A DNA stretch of 60,943 bases, taken from an uncultured Candidatus Saccharibacteria bacterium. GTDB taxonomy: Bacteria; Patescibacteriota; Minisyncoccia; Phycocordibacterales; UBA9973. The position numbers and the translations under genes are program-made. Positions within the stretch are counted from its first letter, which is position 1, and every line of letters begins with the position of its first letter. This document shows, piece by piece, positions 9,496-16,832 of the stretch. The DNA lies in the NCBI GenBank assembly GCA_964639185.1, contig CAZXCN010000005.1:1-60943 (forward strand). The letters are read 5' to 3'. The notes under the pieces are model-generated. The model made no database searches and was not told where the DNA came from. It was given only the letters and a program-made list of their open reading frames with translations.

Positions 9496-10074
9496 ATGGA
9501 AGAGATTGAAATAAAATTTTTAGATATAAATGTAGAAAAGCTTGAAAAGAAACTTAATGATATTGGTGCACAAAAAATAGGTGAATTTTTCTATAAAAGG
9601 ACTCATTTTGATTATCCAGATTTAAGACTTGATAATTCTGGTGCATGGCTCCGTGTTCGAGATGAGGGTGAAAAAATTACTATTGCTTATAAAAATGTTG
9701 CAGATTTTACTTCACACGATAAAGTAAATAAAGATTCAGCCATTTTAGAAAAAGAAATAACTGTAAGTAATTTTGATACGGCTTGTGATATATTTCTTTC
9801 TATGGGTTTAATAAAAAAGTCTTATCAAGAAAATAAAAGAATTCGATACGTGTTAAATCAAGTTGAGATCGATATTGATTTTTGGCCACTTATACCACCA
9901 TATGTAGAAATAGAGGCAAATACCAAAGATGAATTGGAAAATGTTGTTTATAAACTTGGATTTGATATGACAGATGCTGTAAAATATAGTGCAGGTTTAA
10001 TTTATGAGCGCCATTACGGTATTAAATTGCATGACTACTTATTGTTTACATTTGATAAACAGATAAAAAAGTAA
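9496..10074 (+). CDS. CYTH-domain protein, second tandem paralog
   Basis: N-terminal EEIEIKFL (E-x-E-x-K), about 190 aa. Starts 1 nt after the previous stop. Confidence 0.7.
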   Translation: MEEIEIKFLDINVEKLEKKLNDIGAQKIGEFFYKRTHFDYPDLRLDNSGAWLRVRDEGEKITIAYKNVADFTSHDKVNKDSAILEKEITVSNFDTACDIFLSMGLIKKSYQENKRIRYVLNQVEIDIDFWPLIPPYVEIEANTKDELENVVYKLGFDMTDAVKYSAGLIYERHYGIKLHDYLLFTFDKQIKK

Positions 10075-10173
10075 TAGATAGAGCTTGAGGCTCTATCTGT
10101 GGAAGGTTTGATTTTTAAGGGTTTTTCTGCTAAGATGACCTTATTATTTATTAATATTTTACTTAAAGATTAT

Positions 10174-10647
10174 ATGAATCCTACACAAGAAAAATCTCTT
10201 ATTATCATCAAGCCTGATGCAGTTCAGAGAAATTTAATAGGGGAGATAGTTGCTCGCGTTGAAAAGAAAGGTTTGAAAATTATTGGTATGAAGATGATGA
10301 GCATCGAAGATGTAACTTTGGAGGAGCACTATGCTCATATAAAAGACAAGCCATTTTTCCCAGGTATTCGTGATTTTATGAAAGCTTGTCCTGTTATCGT
10401 TTTAGCAGTAGAGGGTATTAATGCAATTTCTGCATTACGCCTACTTGTTGGCCCTACAAAAGCTTGGGAAGCAAATGCTGGTACTATCCGTGGTGATTTT
10501 TCACTTTCTACACAATCAAACATTGTACATGCATCTGACTCTATAGAGAATGGTGAAGTAGAAGTAAAGCGTTTCTTTAAAGCAGATGAAATATTTGAAT
10601 ATCAGAAGATAGACGCAGACTTTATCTACGCTGAACACAAGAAATAA
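10174..10647 (+). CDS. ndk: nucleoside diphosphate kinase
   Basis: SLIIIKPDAVQRNLIGEI, RGDF, NIVHASDS (catalytic His context). ATG at 10174 preferred over the GTG extension at 10099. Confidence 0.9.
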   Translation: MNPTQEKSLIIIKPDAVQRNLIGEIVARVEKKGLKIIGMKMMSIEDVTLEEHYAHIKDKPFFPGIRDFMKACPVIVLAVEGINAISALRLLVGPTKAWEANAGTIRGDFSLSTQSNIVHASDSIENGEVEVKRFFKADEIFEYQKIDADFIYAEHKK

Positions 10648-10657
10648 TTAAAACAAA

Positions 10658-10682
10658 AATCCCCCATATGGGGGATTTTTGT
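10658..10682 (+). terminator. intrinsic terminator after ndk
   Basis: ATCCCCC-ATAT-GGGGGAT hairpin plus a T-run. Confidence 0.75.
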
Positions 10683-10696
10683 ACGAATACTTATTT

Positions 10697-11278
10697 ATGA
10701 TTAAGGTAATAATTTTTGATGCTGATGGTGTGTTGGTAAATGGGGTAAGGTTTAGTGATGCACTAGAAAAAGATTATGGAATTTCTTTAGAAACAACCCT
10801 ACCATTTTTTACTGGTCCATTTCAGGAGTGTTTAATAGGGAATTTGGATTTAAAGGAGGCTGTTGAACCATACCTAGAATCTTGGGGTTGGAGTAATGGC
10901 GTAGATGCTTTTTTAGAATACTGGTTTAGTGTGGAACATACTCTCAATGAAGAATTAATAGAATATATTCAAGTATTAAGAGAAAAAGGTGTCTTGTGTT
11001 TCCTCGGAACAAATAATGAAAAGTATCGTTTTCAGTATATGCTTGAAAAAATGGGTTTTGCAGATAGTTTTGATAGAACATATGCATCTGCTCATCTAGG
11101 TTTCAAGAAGCCAGATCATGAGTTTTTTAAAAGAATTTATAATGATTTAAATAATATCAACAAAAGTGAGATATTATTTCTAGATGATGACACTGATAAT
11201 GTAAAAAGTGCCAAAGAGTTCGGTATCAATGCAGAAATTTACAATTCTGTAGATCAAGTAAAGAGTTTCTTCTTCTAA
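10697..11278 (+). CDS. HAD-superfamily hydrolase
   Basis: Motif I VIIFDADGVL, motif II LGTNN, motif IV FLDDDTDNV. ATG at 10697 preferred. Confidence 0.8.
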   Translation: MIKVIIFDADGVLVNGVRFSDALEKDYGISLETTLPFFTGPFQECLIGNLDLKEAVEPYLESWGWSNGVDAFLEYWFSVEHTLNEELIEYIQVLREKGVLCFLGTNNEKYRFQYMLEKMGFADSFDRTYASAHLGFKKPDHEFFKRIYNDLNNINKSEILFLDDDTDNVKSAKEFGINAEIYNSVDQVKSFFF

Positions 11279-11324
11279 ACTAAATTTGTACGTGTGTCAA
11301 AGGTGTGTTTTATTGTAAAAATAC

Positions 11325-11352
11325 TTGCATGATTGTGTCAGCATGCTAAAAT
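11325..11352 (+). promoter_or_regulatory. candidate promoter (TTGCAT, 16-nt spacer, TGc-TAAAAT extended -10)
   Basis: Read directly. The sequence is AT-rich, so the match is only moderately informative. Confidence 0.35.
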
Positions 11353-11358
11353 TTAGGT

Positions 11359-11527
11359 AGGGTTATTACGGCATATTACCTAGAACACATTTTATAGGGG
11401 AGCGTCCGTTGTTTGTTGCTTTGGTTTCAAATACAATGCACCCACTTAGCGTAACGCTATGGTAATATTTCCGGGAGTAGCCCTAAATAAACGATTCTTT
11501 TCCGCAAGGAAGAGGATTTTTTATTTT
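11359..11527 (+). ncRNA. candidate orphan structured RNA of unknown family, about 170 nt, ending in its own terminator
   Basis: No ORF. Long-range pairing ATATTACC (11373-80) / GGTAATAT (11461-68). TAGCG-TAA-CGCTA hairpin at 11447-59. GNRA-looped terminator at 11494-11517 plus a T-run. The next gene has its own -10 box. Confidence 0.3.
11494..11527 (+). terminator. intrinsic terminator (10-bp stem, GCAA loop)
   Basis: ATTCTTTTCC-GCAA-GGAAGAGGAT followed by TTTTTTATTTTTATT. Confidence 0.6.
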
Positions 11528-11596
11528 TATTCCCCTCTACTAATGTAGGAGAGGGGTTAGGGGTGAGGTAAATGTTGAGTATGGTATAATATAACT

Positions 11597-11995
11597 ATGA
11601 TTCCTCGCAAGCAAATACTTTCAATGTTGGCTATCACAATAATATTTATGGCTATTGTGAATTTGTTGGCTATGAAAGCTCTGTGGTATTCCATATTCTG
11701 GTATTTTGATATGCCAATGCATTTTATCGGTGGATTTGTATCATCATTATTGATTCTATATATTTTTTATAATAAAATTTCTATCTACGAAAAATTGCCC
11801 ACATTTTATATTATTTTAGGTATTTTTGTTATGGGAATTGGGTGGGAAGTTTTCGAATATGTATTCAACAACATTATTGCAGGGCAGCCATGGAATATGC
11901 TCGATACAATTTCTGATATTTGTTTTGATCTAGCTGGTGGAAATTTTGCTTTATTTCTAGTTAGTAATGGTTTAAAGTCTGTAAAACCTGTATAA
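11597..11995 (+). CDS. small integral membrane protein (about 4 TM), unknown function
   Basis: 132 aa with four hydrophobic stretches. TGgTATAAT lies 6 nt upstream of the ATG. Confidence 0.6.
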   Translation: MIPRKQILSMLAITIIFMAIVNLLAMKALWYSIFWYFDMPMHFIGGFVSSLLILYIFYNKISIYEKLPTFYIILGIFVMGIGWEVFEYVFNNIIAGQPWNMLDTISDICFDLAGGNFALFLVSNGLKSVKPV

Positions 11996-12003
11996 TATAT
12001 AAC

Positions 12004-13386
12004 ATGAGTACAGATAAAAAAGATACACAACTAAAGATTACATTTGCATCAGGTGCGGGGACTGTAACAGGCGCTAACTTTTTAATAGAAGGGAATGGTA
12101 AAAAGTTTGTTATTGATTGTGGGCTTATCCAAGGTGAAAAATTGACCGACGATGTAAACTGGGAATTATTTAAATATCCAATAAGTGAGATAGACATTAT
12201 TTTTATCACACATGCGCATATTGACCATATTGGTCGCTTGCCAAAAGCTATCGCTGAAGGATTCAAGGGTAGGATAATCTCTACAATACCAACAAAAGAA
12301 ATATCAGCATTTATGCTCGAAGATACTGTAAATATACTTGCTCATAATAAAGAGCATGATTTGAAGGGTGTATACAATGAGGAAAATTTAAAGAAAGTAA
12401 TGCATTTATGGGAGGGAGTAGAGTATCATCAGGTTGTAAATGTGGACCATGGTTTCCAGTTTTCATACAAAGATTCAGGCCATATACTTGGTGCTGGTAT
12501 GGTAGAGATTGTTTATAATGGCAAGAAGATACTATTTACCGGCGATTTGGGTAATTCACCATCACCACTTTTGCGTGATACTGAGGTTGTAAATGATGCT
12601 GACTATATGATAATGGAATCCGTATACGGTGACCGTAATCATGAAGGCCGAGATACACGACGCGATAATTTAGCAAAGGTTATAAATGATAATTTTAATA
12701 GGAAAGGTACATTAATCGTACCAATGTTTTCACTTGAACGTACTCAGGAGATATTGTACGAGATGAATGAGCTTTCTAACGAAGGTAAGATACCAAAGAT
12801 GCCTGTATTTTTAGATTCACCTTTAGCTATCAAGCTTACCAAGGTTTACCATAAATATGAAAAATATTTCAATAAAGAAACTCAGGCAATAATAGCAGGG
12901 GGTGATGATATATTTAAATTTCCAGGACTCTATTTTACTGAAGAAACCGAGGAATCCAAGGCTATACTCCATGCTTCAAATCCAAAGATGATCATGGCTG
13001 GTAGCGGTATGAGTAATGGAGGGCGTATAGTGCATCATGAAAGGAATTATCTTTCTGACCCGAACAATACAATATTACTCGTGGGTTACCAATCAGTAGG
13101 TACATTAGGTCGTGCTATTTCAGATGGTAAAAAGAAATTGCATATATTAGGCCAAGATGTGCAGCTAAATGCAAAAGTTGTAGATATTCATGGGTACTCA
13201 GGCCACAAAGATTCTACTCACTTGCTCGAATTTGTTGGTAATTCAGCCAAAACATTAAAGAAAGTTTTTGTAGTTATGGGTGAGCCAAAGAGTGCCATGT
13301 TCCTAGCTCAAAAGATCAAAGATAATTTAGGTATTACAGCTGTAACTCCACTTGCAGGGGAGAGCGCAATTATAGATTGTAAATAA
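12004..13386 (+). CDS. metallo-beta-lactamase / beta-CASP family ribonuclease
   Basis: THAHIDHIGRLP (HxHxDH) motif and beta-CASP-like C-terminal half (GHKDSTHLLEF), 460 aa. Confidence 0.8.
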   Translation: MSTDKKDTQLKITFASGAGTVTGANFLIEGNGKKFVIDCGLIQGEKLTDDVNWELFKYPISEIDIIFITHAHIDHIGRLPKAIAEGFKGRIISTIPTKEISAFMLEDTVNILAHNKEHDLKGVYNEENLKKVMHLWEGVEYHQVVNVDHGFQFSYKDSGHILGAGMVEIVYNGKKILFTGDLGNSPSPLLRDTEVVNDADYMIMESVYGDRNHEGRDTRRDNLAKVINDNFNRKGTLIVPMFSLERTQEILYEMNELSNEGKIPKMPVFLDSPLAIKLTKVYHKYEKYFNKETQAIIAGGDDIFKFPGLYFTEETEESKAILHASNPKMIMAGSGMSNGGRIVHHERNYLSDPNNTILLVGYQSVGTLGRAISDGKKKLHILGQDVQLNAKVVDIHGYSGHKDSTHLLEFVGNSAKTLKKVFVVMGEPKSAMFLAQKIKDNLGITAVTPLAGESAIIDCK

Positions 13387-13396
13387 ATACAAATAA

Positions 13397-13420
13397 AAAA
13401 CTCCCCAATTGGGGAGTTTT
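13397..13420. terminator. bidirectional intrinsic terminator between convergent genes
   Basis: AACTCCCC-AATT-GGGGAGTT flanked by an A-run and a T-run. Confidence 0.75.
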
Positions 13421-13430
13421 TTATTTGTAT

Positions 13431-13775
13431 TTATTTAACTTGAGCTATTATTCTTGCGAATGTTTCTGGATTTTCTTTTGCAAGATTTGAAAGTATCTTG
13501 CGGTCTATTAGTATATTCTTTTTCTTTAGCATGTCGATGAACTTACTGTATGACATGTCAAAGCTACGAACAGCAGCATTGATACGTGTAGTCCATAGAC
13601 TACGAGCGTCTGCCTTCTTGTCCTTGCGATGTGCAAAAGCATAGCTTCCTGCATGAAGAATTGCTTCTTTTGCTTGAGCTTCTTTTGTACTACGGCCGAA
13701 ACGAAAACCCTTTGTCTGAGCTAGGACATTCTTGCGTTTCTTGTTCTTCATTACTCCTCTTTTTACTCTTGTCAT
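13431..13775 (-). CDS. rplT: 50S ribosomal protein L20
   Basis: MTRVKRGV...KGFRFGRS...AFAHRKDKK is L20-like. Part of the infC-rpmI-rplT operon. Confidence 0.95.
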   Translation of the reverse strand: MTRVKRGVMKNKKRKNVLAQTKGFRFGRSTKEAQAKEAILHAGSYAFAHRKDKKADARSLWTTRINAAVRSFDMSYSKFIDMLKKKNILIDRKILSNLAKENPETFARIIAQVK

Positions 13776-13798
13776 TTTTTTTAATTAAATTTAACTTA

Positions 13799-13987
13799 TT
13801 AATTTGCACTTTGAAAGTGTGTATTGATATCTTTGTTTGATAGTTTGATTTCTTTGCCTTTTCTTGCACCAAGCTGCTTTGTGCGAGATTGTTTTGCATT
13901 AAAGTGGTTGAATCCTGGAGCACGTGCTAGGATCTTGCCTTTTCTTGTAACTTTCAAACGTTTTGTAAGTGATTTTCTTGTTTTCAT
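13799..13987 (-). CDS. rpmI: 50S ribosomal protein L35
   Basis: 62 aa, basic, MKTRKSLTKRLKVTRKGKI. Position between infC and rplT. Confidence 0.9.
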   Translation of the reverse strand: MKTRKSLTKRLKVTRKGKILARAPGFNHFNAKQSRTKQLGARKGKEIKLSNKDINTHFQSAN

Positions 13988-13992
13988 AATAT

Positions 13993-14508
13993 TTATACTT
14001 TTTTTGTATCTTTCTCTATTGTTATAATTGGACCTTTTGGACCTTTCTTGTATGGTTCAGCTATCTTGTAGGGTTCTGTTATAAATTGTAGAACTCTATC
14101 TAGCCTCTCTCTTAAAAATTTATCCTCCATGTATTTTGCTCTACCGGATAGGAATAATTCTATTTTGATTCTGTGGCCTTCCTTCATCCATTCGTTGGCC
14201 CTCTTTGCTTTCATTAACAAATCATTTTCTCCGGTTGCTATCTTTATCTGGATTGATTTTGTTTCGGTAGCTTTTGCACCAGTACGCATCTTCTTTTGTT
14301 TTTTGTTTTGCTCGTATTGGTACTTACCATGATCCATTATCTTTGCTATTGGGGGATTGGTGTTAGATGTAACTTCTATTAGATCCAAACCTTCCTCCTG
14401 AGCTTTGCTTAGGGCTTCCTTGAAACTTAAAACACCTAGGTTTTCACCTGTGCTTGATATAACTCGGAGCTCTTTTGCCCGTATTTGATTGTTTATGCGT
14501 TCTTTCAA
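13993..14508 (-). CDS. infC: translation initiation factor IF-3
   Basis: INNQIRAKELRVI...GENLGV, DLIEV...PPIAKIMD, and a C-domain. Non-ATG (TTG) start, as is common for infC. Confidence 0.9.
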   Translation of the reverse strand: MKERINNQIRAKELRVISSTGENLGVLSFKEALSKAQEEGLDLIEVTSNTNPPIAKIMDHGKYQYEQNKKQKKMRTGAKATETKSIQIKIATGENDLLMKAKRANEWMKEGHRIKIELFLSGRAKYMEDKFLRERLDRVLQFITEPYKIAEPYKKGPKGPIITIEKDTKKV

Positions 14509-14613
14509 ATATTTGTAACGATAGAGATAATGTCCTACCTGAGGGTAATATTAGCCTATTTATTAAGTAAAGTCAATCCCGGTATGGCTTATTTAGTATG
14601 GTAGGATAAGGGT

Positions 14614-15405
14614 ATGGAAACACTTATTTTAGAGTATAAAATGCCTGGGGAAACCCCTTTGGAATGCATAAATAGGGTAAAAGCTAGAAATAAAGCTTAT
14701 TTAAATGTACCCATGACATACGCTGGTCGCCTTGACCCGATGGCCGAGGGTCTAATGATCATACTTGCTGGAGATGAATGTCAAAATAAGGATAAATACA
14801 ATGCAATGACAAAGACTTATGAAGTAGATGTCTTATTTGGCTTTGCCACAGATACTTATGATTTGCTTGGGTTGGTGGAAAGACCAAAACAGAATCCTGA
14901 AATTATTGTCGCTTTACCCTCTCTACGGGGGTTCCGACACGACGAACAATTTCAGAATTCTGTTTCAGGTCTCTTACAAAATTTCACCGGCAAGATAAAT
15001 CAAAAGTATCCAGTGTATTCATCACGTACAGTTGCGGGCAAGCCACTGTTCCAATGGGCACGCGAAGGTAGGCTTTCGGAAATAGAGGTCCCAAGTCATG
15101 AGGTGTATATTGAAAATATTGAAATAAAAAAAACTTATGAAATATCTGGTAAGAAGTTGATGAAGTATATTACAGAAAGTATTGCTAAAGTAAAAGGCGA
15201 CTTTCGCCAAGAGGAGATATTGGCTAAATGGCATGAAGTACTCGACGACAATACAGATGAGAATTTTAAAATAATAAAGTTAGTAATTTCTTGTAGCTCG
15301 GGTACATATGTGCGTGCTATTGCACACGAGCTGGGCCAATCTATCGGCACCCCAGCTCTTGCCATGCATATCCTCCGCACTCAAATAGGAGATTATAAAA
15401 TATAA
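14614..15405 (+). CDS. truB: tRNA pseudouridine(55) synthase TruB-like
   Basis: AGRLDPMAEGLMII catalytic Asp context, KTYEVDVLFGFATDTYD, SSGTYVRAIAHELG. Confidence 0.75.
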   Translation: METLILEYKMPGETPLECINRVKARNKAYLNVPMTYAGRLDPMAEGLMIILAGDECQNKDKYNAMTKTYEVDVLFGFATDTYDLLGLVERPKQNPEIIVALPSLRGFRHDEQFQNSVSGLLQNFTGKINQKYPVYSSRTVAGKPLFQWAREGRLSEIEVPSHEVYIENIEIKKTYEISGKKLMKYITESIAKVKGDFRQEEILAKWHEVLDDNTDENFKIIKLVISCSSGTYVRAIAHELGQSIGTPALAMHILRTQIGDYKI

Positions 15406-15425
15406 AAATAATATAACAAAAATAG

Positions 15426-15456
15426 ACGGCCGTCTAAAAGTGTTATGGCCGTTTTT
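15426..15456. terminator. hairpin plus T-run between convergent truB and the phosphohexomutase gene
   Basis: ACGGCC...GGCCGT followed by TTTTTT. Confidence 0.45.
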
Positions 15457-16367
15457 TATTCTAAAACTTTTTTGGCTTCGGTGAAAAGTTCGGCTATGCG
15501 TTCGGGAGTTTTTGCTTCACCAAATAGTCGGATGATAGGCTCGGTGTTGGAAGGGCGGAGGTGGATCCATGACATGTCGGGGAAGTCGAGGCGGATACCA
15601 TCTAGATCATTTACTACCCCTTGCGGGAAGTATGATTTTAATTTTATATATAATTCATCTATATTTTTACCTTCAATACTCGCTTTATCTTTTTGCATAA
15701 AATATTTAGGCAGACTATCTACAAGCTCGCTTACTGTTTGGCCACGTTTTGCCAATAGCTCGAGAGCCAAACACATACTTACAAATCCATCTCGGCAATT
15801 ATTTATAGTAGGGTATATAACACCACTACCACCTTCGCCACCTATGAGGGCATTGTATTGTTCTATACCAGCAAACACATTTGACTCACCAACTTTGGTT
15901 CGGTAACATTTGCCATTATATTTTTCTGTTATGTCGGCACACATTTGTGAAGTAGACATATTGATCACTACATTACTGCCTGGATTTTTTGATAAAACAG
16001 CCTCTACTCCGAAACCCAATGTATATTCTTCGGAAATATATTCACCTTTTTCATTTATAATCACGAGGCGATCAGCATCTGGGTCATGAGCGAATCCAAT
16101 ATCCGCACTCGATGATGCAACCAGCTCACAAATATCTTTTAGATTTTCCTTTACTGGTTCTGGAGTGTGTGCAAATTTACCATCAGGAGTATTGTTGATA
16201 GCTACATATTCAATACCTAATTGTTCAAATAAGTATGGGTCCACAATACAGGCTGAAGCATTTATCATATCGACAGCTATTTTGAATTTACGATTACGTA
16301 TTGCTTGGGCATCTATATGTGTCAGTATCTTGTCTACGTGATTTTTTACAAAGTCTATTTTATTCAT
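15456..16367 (-). CDS. phosphoglucosamine/phosphomanno-mutase family, domains II-IV fragment (split gene)
   Basis: FAHDPDADR metal-binding loop, GGEGGSG sugar-binding loop and a C-terminal RPSNTEP-type loop. Has its own ATG at 16367. Confidence 0.75.
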   Translation of the reverse strand: MNKIDFVKNHVDKILTHIDAQAIRNRKFKIAVDMINASACIVDPYLFEQLGIEYVAINNTPDGKFAHTPEPVKENLKDICELVASSSADIGFAHDPDADRLVIINEKGEYISEEYTLGFGVEAVLSKNPGSNVVINMSTSQMCADITEKYNGKCYRTKVGESNVFAGIEQYNALIGGEGGSGVIYPTINNCRDGFVSMCLALELLAKRGQTVSELVDSLPKYFMQKDKASIEGKNIDELYIKLKSYFPQGVVNDLDGIRLDFPDMSWIHLRPSNTEPIIRLFGEAKTPERIAELFTEAKKVLE

Positions 16368-16785
16368 AGTGTTTATTTATTTCTATTACTTCTTGCTCAT
16401 TTATATTTCTGGCTTCGCTCGTTACGAATTTCAATCCATTGTATTGTATTGGGTTGTGGCTGGCAGTAATTATCATTGCTCCGTCATAATTATTGTCTTT
16501 TACTGCAAGTATAATAGTCGGTGTAGGTAGTATGTCGCCATCAATAACACTGATACCCAAGCTTTCTAATGCAGGCACAATAGCATCACTGATTATTTTG
16601 CCACTTTCGCGCCCATCGCGTGCTACTAATATTGTAGGCTTAATATCATTTCCTTTTTTATTATTTATATTATTTTCTAATATAAATAATCCAAATGCTT
16701 TGGCATAACGCATAGCAATGTCAGAGGTCAAGCTTTCACCCCACACCCCCCTGTATCCAGAAACTGTAAGTTTTGGTATTGTCAT
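16360..16785 (-). CDS. phosphoglucosamine/phosphomanno-mutase family, domain I fragment with active-site Ser (split gene)
   Basis: VSGYRGVWGE and ITASHNP (phospho-Ser loop). Ends ...HYE-TAA, overlapping the next ATG by 8 nt. ATG at 16785 preferred over 16863. Confidence 0.7.
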   Translation of the reverse strand: MTIPKLTVSGYRGVWGESLTSDIAMRYAKAFGLFILENNINNKKGNDIKPTILVARDGRESGKIISDAIVPALESLGISVIDGDILPTPTIILAVKDNNYDGAMIITASHNPIQYNGLKFVTSEARNINEQEVIEINKHYE

Positions 16786-16832
16786 GTATGGATAATACCA
16801 TATTTGCCCCATGTCATTAAATAGTCTAATAT

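Noticed and set aside
10099-10173. N-terminal extensions proposed by the ORF track: ndk from 10099, HAD from 10679, purE from 25106, purN from 22011, ftsH from 30173, mutase from 16863, ZIP from 33078, YibE/F from 33562, ABC ATPase from 49411, the 53621 ORF and lexA from 58211.
   Set aside because: The extensions run through terminators, repeats, palindromes, tRNA sequence or the preceding gene. Internal ATGs line up with the conserved protein N-termini.
11359-11490. Possible resemblance of the orphan RNA to ykkC-type (guanidine/PRPP/ppGpp) riboswitches (GTAGGGTT...ACGGC near the 5' end, TCCGGGAG near the 3' end).
   Set aside because: Only short, gapped matches to remembered consensus blocks. 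The central GGUCCGAGAG-type block is missing. The downstream gene has its own promoter and is not a typical regulon member. It needs a covariance-model scan, so it is reported only as an RNA of unknown family.
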